A stretch of 64,000 bases of DNA from Heptranchias perlo (Eukaryota). Below the pieces are notes generated by a model that saw only the letters and a list, made by a program, of their open reading frames with translations, made no database searches and was not told where the DNA came from. A program made the translations under genes and the position numbers. Shown in pieces: positions 52,149-64,000 of the stretch (its first letter is position 1; every line of letters starts with the position of its first letter). The stretch is from positions 23,002,001-23,066,000 of the forward strand of contig NC_090334.1 of assembly GCF_035084215.1 (NCBI RefSeq), in the 5' to 3' direction.

Positions 52149-52185
52149 AGTTCTGATGAAAGGTCATCATCCTGAAACGTTAACT
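52149..52185 (+). ncRNA. Minimal hammerhead ribozyme in a Penelope-like pLTR fragment (about 52145-52250)
   Basis: agtt CTGATGA a agg tcatcat cct GAAA cg tt aact: stem I agtt/aact, stem II agg/cct, palindrome AACGTT. Confidence 0.8.
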
Positions 52186-52786
52186 CTGTTTCTCTCTCCA
52201 CAGATGCTGCCTGACCAGCTGAGTGTTTCTAGCATTTTCTGTTTTTATATAAGATTTTCTTACTTCTCTGTATTTGTTGAGGTGCTAGCATGTTATTTCT
52301 GTTGCTAAGTAAACTAATGAAAATGTTCTCTGCATATATGTCAATCTGGAAAGCCACCAAAAGCTGACCATCATGTTGAAAGAAGCTGATACAGCCCCCA
52401 AAAAGCTGACATAACCCACAGAAAGCTGATAACTCAAAAAAAACTCTCAACATAGTCCTTATGACATATGCAGACAAGCAGTTAGACTAAAATTGCAGTG
52501 GGACTTGGGCCTCTTGTAGCTTCAGCTCTAAATATACCTGACATTCAATCACTTTTAGAAAGGGGGAAACTAAAAGTACACAAAGGCACAGCTTGCAACA
52601 ATGTTGCATTTAGACATTCCTGGAGGGAACGTGAGTGCTGAAGCCAGTAATTTTATTTTCTACAGGGAGCTGGAGCATGCCTCCCTCCCCAGATAGTTTT
52701 GATCTTTGACATTTTATTTGGTGCATTTTCTGGCATTTTGGAACCTACTGTAATTTTGTCTTTCAAGTCAAAACTCATTTCTGATG

Positions 52787-52931
52787 TGGAGATGCTGGTG
52801 ATTGACTGGGGTGGACAAATGTAAGGAATCTTACAACACCAGGTTATAGTCCAACAAATTTATTTTAAAATCACAAGCTTGTGACTTTAAAATAAATTTG
52901 TTGGACTATAACCCGGTGTTGTAAGATTCCT
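52787..52931. mobile_element. Penelope-like terminal remnant forming a 108-bp palindrome, with 13-bp TSD ctcatttctgatg (52774-52786 and 52932-52944)
   Basis: Same family as 22310-22481. Arms 52824-52877 and 52878-52931 have 2 mismatches. Confidence 0.88.
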
Positions 52932-53257
52932 CTCATTTCTGATGGAAGAGTTACAGATATTTCAAAAGTGGAAATAAACGTAGTTGTACGAACCTCAATA
53001 CAACGTCACAGAGTGAAAATAAATAGGTTAACAATCTTCATTACAAGAGGTGAAGTGTCAAATAGATGTGATGAGCGTTGACTGGCTCATCTTAAAACTT
53101 TTATTCCTCAAATTTGTGTGAAACCAACAGTTGGAGAAAGAATTACATAAACGTTTTACATAGAATGTACAGCACAGAAACAGGCCATTTGGTCCAACTG
53201 GTCTATGCCGGTGTTTATGCTCCACACGAGCCTCCTCCCACCCCTCTTCATCTAACC

Positions 53258-54007
53258 TACTCCGTTAATGGTAGGGCGTTGGGGAAAGTTATAGAACAAA
53301 GAGATCTGGGAGTACAGATTCTTAGCTCCTTGAAAGTGGAGTCACAGGTGGATAGGGTAGTGAAGAAGGAATTCAGCATGCTTGGTTTCATTGGTCAGAA
53401 CATTGAATGCAGGAGTTGGGATGTCTTGTTGAAGTTGTACAGGGCATTGGTGAGGCCACACTTGGAGTACTGTGTACAGTTCTGGTCACCCTATTATAGA
53501 AAGGATATTATTAAACTAGAAAGAGTGCAGAAAAGATTTACTAGGATGCTACCGGGACTTGATGGTTTGACTTACAGGGAGAGGTTAGACAGACTGGGAC
53601 TTTTTTCCCTGGAGAGCAGGAGGTTAAGGGGTGATCTTATCGAAGTCTATAAAATAATGAGGGGCATAGATAAGGTCGATAGTCAAAATCTTTTCCCAAA
53701 GGTAGGGGAGTCTATAACGAGGGGGCATAGATTTAAGGTGAGAGGGGAGAGATACAAAAGGGTCCAGAGGGGCAATTTTTTCACTCAAAGGGTGGTGAGT
53801 GTCTGGAACGAGCTGCCAGAGGCAGTAGTAGAGGCGGGTACAATTTTGTCTTTTAAAAAGCATTTGGACAGTTACATGGGTAAGATGGGTATGGAGGGAT
53901 ATGGGCCAAGTGCAGGCAATTGGGACTAGCTTAGTGGTATAAACTGGGCGACATGGACATGTTGGGCCGAAGGGCCTGTTTCCATGTTGTAACTTCTATG
54001 ATTCTAT
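53258..54007 (+). mobile_element. Young CR1 3' fragment inserted in an older minus-strand CR1 tail (53155-53257 and 54008-54043)
   Basis: Open frame to ...GYGPSAGNWD*; the host tail resumes after a duplicated taacc. Confidence 0.92.
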
Positions 54008-54847
54008 AACCCTGTCAACATATCCTTTGATTCCTTTCTCCCTCAGTGGTTATCGAGCCTCCCCTGTAAGCAAGCGCGTAGTGCACATAATAACCAATAT
54101 ATACAGCCCGAACGCACCATTTTTTGACTAAATATCTTTATTCTGTCAAATTCAAAACCCGGCAGAGATGTTCTGACTCTAGTAGGACTCTGCAGCCTTG
54201 GGCGCTGTAAATGTGACCCTGAATTTCCAGCAGTTCTGGTTTTCCTTTGTAATAGTCGATTAATTCCCATAGAGTTCTGTGAATAATGGTGTGCACTACT
54301 TTATAAAGTACGGACACAAGATTTTGTGGAGGGGAGGGGAATCAATTCAAATGGTAAGAAGTGGTCGTAAAGATTGATTGGTTTCAACAGCTCTCTGTTT
54401 TGCCCTCCATTGATCTAAGTTCAAACTGATGACTTCCAATCCTGGTTTAGAAAGATTTTTTTTTCTTCTGATAAGCTGATCGGTGGCATGTATGTTTCCG
54501 CAATGAGAGCAAAGTTTTCTTTTGGGTAGCTGACACTATCTCATGGAAGTTAGGTCCAGAGTCTCTTAGAGTGTGCCCGTAATTGCAGGGAATTGCCTTC
54601 AAATCTTTAGAAGAACATAAAAGTATTGCAGAAAGCTGCAAGTGCCAAGAATGATTCTGGCTACTTGAGGCGGTTAGAGATAGAGATTCACAAAACTGAA
54701 CTGGCCTTTCATTGAAGAAATGAAGATTGAGGGAAGGTTCTGATTCAGGTCTTGGAAGTACTGAAAGGCATGGGTAACGTATGTTGAAACAGGCTGTTAT
54801 AGTTCCTATTAAGAAAAAAGCAAGAAACTGTAGCTAATGGAAATCTG

Positions 54848-55100
54848 AAACAAAAATAGAAAATGCTGGAAACACTCAGCAAGTCAGTCAACATCTGTGG
54901 AGGAAAACAGATGAGTTAACGCTTTCAAATGTGGACACTTCATCAGAACTGAAAGAAACTTGCATTAGTCCATTCTCTCAGCTCCCATCCGGACATCATT
55001 ATCAAACCTGCTGACAAAGGGAGGATTGTTGTTGTATGACAAAACAACCTTTACCTTTCCGATGCTGAATGGCAACTTTCTGAATACTCCTATCTCGCTT

Positions 55101-55145
<45 letters not shown>

Positions 55146-55890
55146 CATAGTTGCCCAACTCTGCCCAGTCTGTTTCTGCACCCGCCCCAAGATACACTAA
55201 CAGGACTGTCCCGATAGACCGATCGTTTCAGCCTGCTCCTGTCCTACAAAACTAATCTCTTATATTGAATCTATTTTTTCCATTCTTATCCAGTACATAC
55301 CCACCTACATCCACCTAACTGTCTCCTTTTTACTGTGGACATACAGTCCCTCAACACCTCTGTCCCTCTCCAGGACGGCCTGTGGCCCCTCTTCTTCCTC
55401 GAATAACAGCCCAACCAGTCCCCATTCACCCCCACCCTCCTTTGCCTGACTGAACTGATTCTCATCTTGAACAACTTTCCCTTCAACTCCATTCATTCCC
55501 TTCAGATAAAAGATGTCACTATGGAAACCCATATGGGTCCCAGCTATGCCTGTCTTTTTGCAGAATATGTGAACACTCTTTGTTCCAGTCCTACTCAGGT
55601 CCCCTCCCTGACTTTTTTTTCCCATTACTGTGTCAATCCTTCCTGCTTTCGTTCTGATCTAGAGAATTTCATGAAGGATGCTTCAAATTTCCACCATCTT
55701 TACGTAGTCTGCCTCTGACTCTTCTCTTCCTGGACTCTCCTCTCTCTTTCTCTGGGGATAGGCTTTCTACTGATATCTATTACAGGCCCACCATCTCCCA
55801 CAATTATTTGAATTGTATTTCTTCCCACCCTACGATCTGTAAGGACTCCATTCCTTTCACTCACTTTCTCCAACTCTCTCACATCTGCTC
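54848..55890 (+). mobile_element. Degraded Penelope-like element: inverted pLTR (54848-54955) plus RT remnant, with internal (AC)20 at 55103-55142
   Basis: PDIIIKPADKGG, RPIVSACSCP, FTVDIQSLNTSVP and QIKDVTMETHMGPSYACLF are decayed Penelope RT motifs. Confidence 0.85.
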
Positions 55891-57435
55891 CCTGTCACTT
55901 GCCACTAAAATTCCCCATCATTCCCACACGGAATGTCTCTGACTGTTTTTCATCTTCACTGCTGGGTAGCAGCAGGGTGGTAGGACATTGATGATTGTGG
56001 TGCAGCACTTAGCGCTCTGTTCCCATGCAGTTCTGGCCACCGCCATCGTTAGCCCAAGTAACTCAGGGCCCTATGATGTCAATAGGACCCCGATTAAATT
56101 TTGAAGTGACAATGAGGGGAGGCTGCGCCATGTATGATCTGTCCATTGATGGATGGTATTGAGCGGCTTAACCAATGGTGCTTAAAGAGACCACTGGAGG
56201 CCGTTCCAAAAACCTCATCGGTAAGTTTTTTAATGATTTCTGTGAGGCCTGGAGCAGAATTAGTACTCCTCCTGACTTCACAAAATTTGACCTCCCCTGG
56301 GATCCCCTCACCCTCCCTTTAACTAATCACAACAGGCTTGGCTCTGCAGAGGAGCCACCAGATTTCCTACTTTCAGCGAGCTGCTTTTCGGCGCTGGCAG
56401 TTCGCCAATTCTGTTCAAATGAGGCCTGACCATGGGAAATTACCACGATTCCAATGAAACTAGAGATGGGAACTTTTTCTACATACCAGTAGATGTGTAG
56501 AATAGGCAGGCAGTAGAGCCAGTTATTATAGTGTTATAATGGCCTTTGAGTAAGCCCTGGAAGAGAGTCTCTTGGAAACAGGACTGAAAGTTAGAACGAT
56601 GTGTACAGACGCAGATGATCAAATACTCCATGGAACACCATGGTTCCGTCGTGCTGCGACACCAGAAATGTCATCTGTTGAATGTGGCCGTAGGGGTTGA
56701 ATAATGCATCTTGTAATAGTCAAGTGATATCCCAGAGCTTTGCTAAATTAGCTTGGGAGCTCATGGGGAAACTTGGGAGTATTAATTGTAATTTTTCACC
56801 TCTCAGCCGATTAACTAAGTTGGGTAATGTCCAGAACAAGTCAATGGTCTGTGGAAGTAGTGGGTTCATTATACCAAATGACATTACCGTATATGATATT
56901 TTCTTCTCATGACAGCATTTCATATTCTGAAATGTCCCACTAAAAACAAATATCTCTGAATGGTACTATCTACACTGATGATTTTACATTGCAATCTGGA
57001 ACCTAATTTCATTTGTTGATGTATTTTAATTAAGTATAATTCCAAGCCTCATAACCACTAAATGTAGTTAAAAATGCATACGGTGGAGTTCCTTTTCTTT
57101 TTTTTCCCTCCTGTTTCTTCTTTACTCCCCCCCTCCCCCAATGAATTAATCTATCATATCATGGCATCAATGCTACAAACATACAACCATATGTCTATAC
57201 GTGTTGCTCATTTTCCCTGAAACACGAATTCTGTGTCTGACGATGATACAAGTATCTTAAAGAAGAGCTTGATGACACAGTGTATTGAAGCCTTGTATAC
57301 TGCGACAGATAGAGCAAGATCCGGGAATACCCCATGGAGGGAAAAATCAGATGACTTTAAAATTCTGCACCTGCCTGCCCTCTCATCTGTGTACACCAGT
57401 AGAGTCTGATCAAATGCAAGACCTGCTAACCACAA

Positions 57436-58243
57436 AAGGGTTGGGCTGATAAGTGGCAAGTAACATTCACGGCACACAAGTGCCAGGCAATGACCATCTC
57501 CAACAAGAGAGAACCTAACCACCTTCCGTTGACATTTAGTGGCATTACTATTGCTGAGTCCCCCACATCAACATCCGGGGAGTCGACATCGACCAGAAAT
57601 TCAACTTGATTCACCTCATAAATGCCATGGCTATTGGAGCAGATCAGAGGCTGGCTATTCTGCAGCAAGTGGCTCACCTCTTTGATTCCCCAAATCCTCT
57701 TCACCACCTACAAAGCACAAGTCAGCAGTGTGATGGAATACTCTCCACTTGAATGGATGGGTGCAGCTGCAACAGCACTCAAGAAGCTTAACACCATCCA
57801 GGACAATGCTGTCTGCTTGATTGGCATTTTAGCCTCTAGTCTAAACATCCACTCCCTCCACCGCTGGCGCACAGTGGCTGCACTGTATACTATCTACTGG
57901 ATGCACTGCAGTAACTCGCCAAGGCTTCTTCGGCACCACCTCCCAAATTCGCAACCTCCACCACCTAGAAGGACAAGGGCAGCAGGTGCGTGGGAATATC
58001 AGTACCCCCAAGTTTCCCTCCAAGTCACACACCATCCTGACTTGAACGTATATCGCCATTCCTTCATCATCGCTGAACCAGCGTCCTGGAACTCCTAACA
58101 GCATTGTGGGAGCACCTTCACCACACAGACTGCAGCGGTTCAAGAAGGCAGCCCACCAACACCTGCTCAAGGGCAACTAGGAATGGGCAGTAAATGCTGG
58201 CAATGCCAGCGACACCCACATGCCACGAATGAATAAAAAAAAA
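57436..58243 (+). mobile_element. 3' fragment of the second LINE family with poly(A)
   Basis: YKAQVSSVMEYSPLEWMGAAATALKKLNTIQ; ends gaatgaataaaaaaaaa; matches 33043-33893 in the opposite orientation. Confidence 0.9.
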
Positions 58244-59882
58244 CAGAACCGTAATAGGAAGGCAAGGATATGGCAGGGCTGATTGCAATGATGTTCATTA
58301 GCTGCTGCGGCAAATTCAATCATAAGATTCCTCAGCGTCTCGATTGGCAAAAATTCCGAATTTAGAGCCCCCTACCGCTTGTTTACTTCTTTAAGCTTGC
58401 GATGTTAATTGTGGCAACTGAGAATGAAGTCATCCTTTTCCATCTCTTTTTCTGCCCCTGTCTGCCAATATAAACAAGGCATTAAAAAGTGGACAGGGAG
58501 AAATAGTGAAATGTGTTCTGAGTTTTGCAAGTTTCCTGGGAAATTCAGTTGTCAGAGGGCTAAAGATTTAATAAAAGGCAGTGCTGAAGTGTGGCTTCCT
58601 GTTGCACATGACATAATACAGAGAACTGGTAGCTACGGCACTGAATACTACACAAACTTCAAAGCCTTCGCAACTGTGGGGGTCTGTCGGGAACAAATTG
58701 TTCTTATTCTAAAGGTTTCTAATGGACTGGCCTTTTCTCAATGACTGAGAACATGTCAGACCTGTGCTGGAGGGATGTGCTGTGCTAAGTACTGAAAGCT
58801 TCTATTTCTGAATAATTTTGTGTCTCTTCCGAGAGATGGTCAGAAATTTTGTTACTCAAACTTTTTAATGTGTAAATGGCACGAGAAATCTGCCTCATCA
58901 AAGGCTGGTGTTTATGGGAGAAGGTTTGGATACTGTAAAGAAATATTTCGAAAACAGTATTATTCCTCCTTTTGTGCACTTTCTAAATTGTAAATGCACA
59001 ATGCAAAGACATAGTTTGTGTCATCAAAAAATCACAGTGCTCAATGAAGGATGTAAAATTACAAAGGCTTACAATAGGTTTTTCCCTCTCCATTAGAATG
59101 ATGCCACTTTAAGGCCAATCATTGTGCAAGATCAGATACCTGAGTACTGGTGAATCATTTATTGTTTTGTTGAAAAGATATAAAGCCAACGTTTTGTGAT
59201 TTGTAATAAACAGGAGCTCTTAACTAATATCATCTAATAAGATTCACTAGCAATCTGAAAGAAGAAAAAAAAATATTCTGAAGGCATGCTGTTGAGCAAG
59301 AGAAGAGGAATCTTTACATCTAACCCCTGATGAATGCATGTGATTGATAATAGCACTGGGTACAAATCTGTTGTGGAGATGTGTCTGTTGTTTGCCTGTA
59401 TCTCTTTAGTCAACCAGAGTTGAGCAAGGCAGAAAGTCAGATGGAGGGGAAAGGAAAGAGATATTTATTAAAAATGTGCAGAAGTATAGAGGAAAAGAAT
59501 GTACGCTGTTTCTAAAAGCAACAGTTCAAAGAATCATAGTGATACAGCAAGGAGGGACTGGACGTGTGAGACAGAGACTTTTATGCTTTTAATGTTTACC
59601 CATTTATATGAAAGCTGGTTATCTTAACTTGTTTGTCAAAACATCAATCATATTATCAAAAAGAAACCAATGGAACCAAGATCCAAGGCTGTGTTTAAGA
59701 AGCCCAGAATTAAAAGCTGAATCCTGCGCTGTGAATTCTCTTATTCAATTGGCAGTACTTTGTCCTCACATTTTGCTCTCTTAAAGAAAGGCAACAGCGA
59801 ACCATCTGAAATACTATGATGTCATCATCTCTGACAGCAACTTAGTTTACCAGAGAAGCTTTCTTAAAAAAATGCCGAGGAT

Positions 59883-60230
59883 GAAAGAAAGAACTTGCAT
59901 TTATATAGTCCCTTCTGCAACCTCAGGATGTCCCAAAGTGCTTCACAGTCAATTAATTACTTTTGAAGTGTAGTCACTGTTGTAATGTAAGGAAACACAG
60001 CAGCCAATTTGCACACAACAAGATCCCACATCAGTGATGAAATAAATGACCAATTAAACTGTTTTAGTTGTGTTTGTTGAGGGATAAATGTTCGCCAGGA
60101 TACCGGGAGAACTCCCCTGCTCTAATTCGAAAAGTGAGGGCAGACGAGACCTCAGTTTAATGTCTCACCCAAAAGATGGCATCTCCAACAGTGCAGCATT
60201 CCAGCAGTACTGTTTTGGAGTGCCAGCTGA
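59883..60230 (-). mobile_element. SacSINE1/DeuSINE-like copy lacking its head
   Basis: Reverse-complement similarity to 10290-10622. A short tail fragment also lies at about 37155-37232. Confidence 0.78.
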
Positions 60231-63116
60231 GGTAATGTGTTTAAAATGTACTAAGAATCCGGAAAGTAGGACTAAATTAACTTGAAAGCTGCTGCATAAA
60301 ACATGATTTTTGGAATAAATATTTTAAAAAGATACACTTCTGTAATGTTTGTTTCTGCTGAATTTAAATCTATACTATTTTGACCAACCAAGACAGCTGG
60401 GAATGAAGTCATCTCTCTCCTCAGTCTTTGAGGGTGCCACATGAAATGAATTTGGCCAAACTCAATTCTGTTCCCAGAAGCAAAAGGTGGACAGTAGAGA
60501 ATTACCTGCCCCTGGCACTAAAATAATCTTTCTCTTACTGAGTGGCCACAAGGATGGCTGACGTTGGAAATCGGAACAGACAGTGTGCAGTTGAGGATGT
60601 TTCCTGACGTTGGGGGCTAAAATGTAGAACAATAAAAGGGCATTTAGTTCATCGAGTACATTCGTTCCACAAGCCATATGTACAATTTGCCCTATCATGG
60701 ATCCTACCCAACCCATTTAGGCTTGAAATTATGTTGTTCAAATGCTAGCATACAATACTTTAATTGGGTAATGCCTCCAAGTAAAATAGCAAAGGGATTA
60801 CTGAGGAACGTAATAAATCTTCCTGTGCTAATATTTGCACATGGTAATATCAAAGACTTACTCTCCTGAGGGCAACAAACAGCCTCAACTAAAACCTCTG
60901 AAAAGATAAAACACTGTGAATTTTGTCCCCAATTCCTAGGGGGCATCAAATGAAATTTCAGCATATTAATCTCACTTTACAAACTCACACTTAGAACTTG
61001 GACCAGTTGCAGTTCACAAGTGACTCATCTGTTATCCATTGCATTTCATCAACTATTTCACCGTCTGTGTCTATCCTCGTCACTTTCACTCAGACATTTA
61101 TCTGACTTGTTTTAAAGGAGTAAATTGATAAAGAACTAATGGCTTTTGCTGAGAAGTCTATTTCGCACACCTTTTATGTGGAGAAAAAAGTGTTCTCATC
61201 CCTGGTCTCACTGGAGGCAGGGGGAGAATCACTGCAGGTCTGGTTCTGGAGCAACTGAGAATCCTCGGTGCTGACGGTGTGTACAGAAAGTAGAAAGTGT
61301 TGCATTTCCCAGCATTGACATCCCCCCTTTGACAAGCACAAAACTAACCAACTCAGAAAGCAGACCTTCTGTGGCGTTGCTGATGGTGGTTTATGACAAT
61401 TGGAGTGTTACATCAGGTAATGCCACTGCTATACTGTGACTGAATAAATCAAGTCAACAAATTGTGACAAGGGAAAGTCAGGCAGAAGGTGTTATGGAAA
61501 GTTAGTGTGTCACTTAGAGTAATTGTTCACTAGATACAAGATGTCAGCAAATTACTAGTTGACGTCCTGTGATGTTGTACATGGGCAGTCAAGATCCAGT
61601 GTAGTCTTCAGTTAGACCAGAGTTTAGAGGGCAGAGGATAATTGATCCGGCTGCACAGACATAATCCAGCCACTATTTTAAAGTCATACGTTCTGTCATT
61701 ATTTTTAACATACTTTTATTTTATATTAATAGATCACCTTTGGTATTGATCACTGAGTTGAATTTGCTGTTTTATAACAATAGGGGTGTTTATGCCGTGT
61801 AGGAGATAACCTCAGGGCCTTTGATTTACAGTGAATGAATAAGTTAAATCATGTCACATTCAATTGACTTCAATGGGAAGGAAAATCAGGCAGTATGTAG
61901 AAAGGGCAGCCGATCTGATATCGTCCGTTTTACAACGAAAACTAAAATTATCCCCATCTGAGATAATTCCACTACCTAATACTGATGGACTCAGTCATTC
62001 CTCTTGGAGAGTTCCCCTGTTAGACTATCAGGATTCATTGAGGTAAACTATTTTAAAAAAACATAAGGTTAAAGGCTGACCTTAAATGAGAGTGTATTTT
62101 TCATTTTGATTTTAAAAATGTAGAATTTATGCTTTATCCATCAGTTTATTTATGAATGAACGGCTTTAATCTCTCATTCCAATTTACTAGGATTTGATAT
62201 TCTGGGCCTGCACTGGCCTCAGTAGCATTTCCTTTGTGAAGCCTCTTCCCAGTTGGTGTCAATGCACTTTCTGTTATTTTTATCATGATGAAGTCCATGT
62301 TGATTTATATAATAAAAAGAGCAACTTTGGAATTCTGTTTCCTTAACAACTGACCTAGATCTGTAATATTAAATTGTTAACATTTCACCCAATCGGGACG
62401 GTAAAGCATTTGTTTTAAAAATTACCATAATGTATTGAGAAGTTTTCTCAAATAATAGATTTCTCGCCCTCCCAGTTTTTGCATAATCTCTATGCTCCTA
62501 CCTCAGGGAAAGTTGCTTAACGGTTTGCCCCATTAGTAGTTAACAAACCAAGTTGATTGAAATGCACCAAATTAGAAAGATTTAAACTAACATATACACC
62601 TGTCTAACAGCATCCTACATCCTGAAGCTTCTTTATGAATTTATTTCTGCAGCCAGACCCAGATCCGACTCAACGGGTCCATGTTTATAGTTGGTGCATG
62701 AACGGTGGTACTTTTCTTTCTTTAAATTCCTTTTCTTGGTCGAATTCAGGTACCTTAATTCACTGGTACAAAGTGCTTTGTCCTGTTACTCAGCTGAGAA
62801 ATAATATTTTTTAAAAAGTGACTTGGCTCAATATACAGAACTGTTCAATCATGTCCTTTCCCACCTGCCTCTTTCTCTCTCCTGCCTTATGTCCTCCTCC
62901 TGGTTTCTGAACTCCCTCCGCCCCTCTGTCCCAATGCATATCCTCCTCGCCAAAGAGACTACATGTTCTGAACTGCCACCTCCATACCTTCCCTGCCAGT
63001 AAAATGGTGCGTTTTGGATTTCTGTATTCTGGCTCCACTGGAATTTCTTTGTAACGGGCAGTGTGTAATTTCCAAAAAGAACTTTGGTGTTTTATTTGAA
63101 AGGTCGAGATCCTGCA

Positions 63117-63503
63117 CCAACAAGCTGCGGGAGTTCATGCCAAATACTCATCCTTGTTTTCAAATCTCACACGGCCTCGCCCCTCCCTACCTCTGTAACT
63201 GATTCCAGCCCTACAACCCTCCAAGATCTCTTTCTGACCTGTTGGGCATCCCCGATTTTCATCGCTCCACCATTGGCGGCCGTGCCTCCAGCTGCCGAGA
63301 CCCTAAGCTCTGGAATTCCCTCCCTAAACTTCTACTCCTTTAAGATGCTTCTTAAAACCTACCTCTTTGACCCAGCTTTTAGTCACCTGTCCTAATATCT
63401 CCTGATGTGGCTTGGTGTCAAATTTTGTTTGATAACGCTCCTGTGAAGTGCCTTGGGATGTTTTACAACTTCAGAGGCGTTATATGAATGCAAGCTGTTG
63501 TTG
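63117..63503 (+). mobile_element. L2-type LINE 3' fragment about 110 nt upstream of the FUT8 acceptor
   Basis: Same family as 8262-8516. Confidence 0.82.
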
Positions 63504-63569
63504 AATATGTGTAGGGAACCCGTGCGCTCGATAAGAGGAAGTTGCACTGCAAAATTTGTTTAATCCTGA

Positions 63570-63860
<291 letters not shown>

Positions 63861-64000
63861 TAACCGGCAATGGCATGGCCTTTCCTCCTGGTTAAACAGT
63901 GAGTGAGTGGTTCATGTTTGGAGCCACCAGCAGTGAGTGATAGCAGAAGAATATCTCAACATATAAACCTCTTTCACTTGTAGACATTGAGCTCATATTT

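Noticed and set aside
52229-52477. Minus-strand peptide AYVIRTMLRVFFELSAFCGLCQLFG resembling a connexin TM3
   Set aside because: There is a stop immediately upstream and no connexin cysteine loops. It overlaps four degenerate aagctga repeats, so it is probably chance.

Overview
This is vertebrate genomic DNA, very probably from a cartilaginous fish (shark-type CR1 LINEs, a SacSINE1/DeuSINE-like SINE, shark-type Penelope termini). The only recognisable host gene is FUT8 (alpha-1,6-fucosyltransferase, GT23) on the + strand. Four internal coding exons (1189-1307, 4042-4204, 6829-6943, 63612-63849) splice in frame with GT-AG introns, and the last intron is 56.7 kb. Most of the rest is intronic repeat DNA: many CR1 fragments (several nested or inverted), a second RT-LINE family, L2 tails, SINEs, a probable LTR, MITE-like elements and four minisatellites. 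Most ORFs in the track are LINE debris or repeat read-through. The most interesting signals are (i) Penelope-like termini with minimal hammerhead ribozymes, including a TSD-flanked 108-bp fold-back palindrome centred on the ribozyme's AAGCTT; (ii) a duplicated FUT8 exon end and donor site upstream of the real exon; (iii) inverted CR1 pairs, one bracketing two FUT8 exons; (iv) an antisense LTR-like promoter with downstream antisense exon candidates. No prokaryotic-type system (CRISPR etc.) is present. All coordinates were read by eye and repeat boundaries are approximate.
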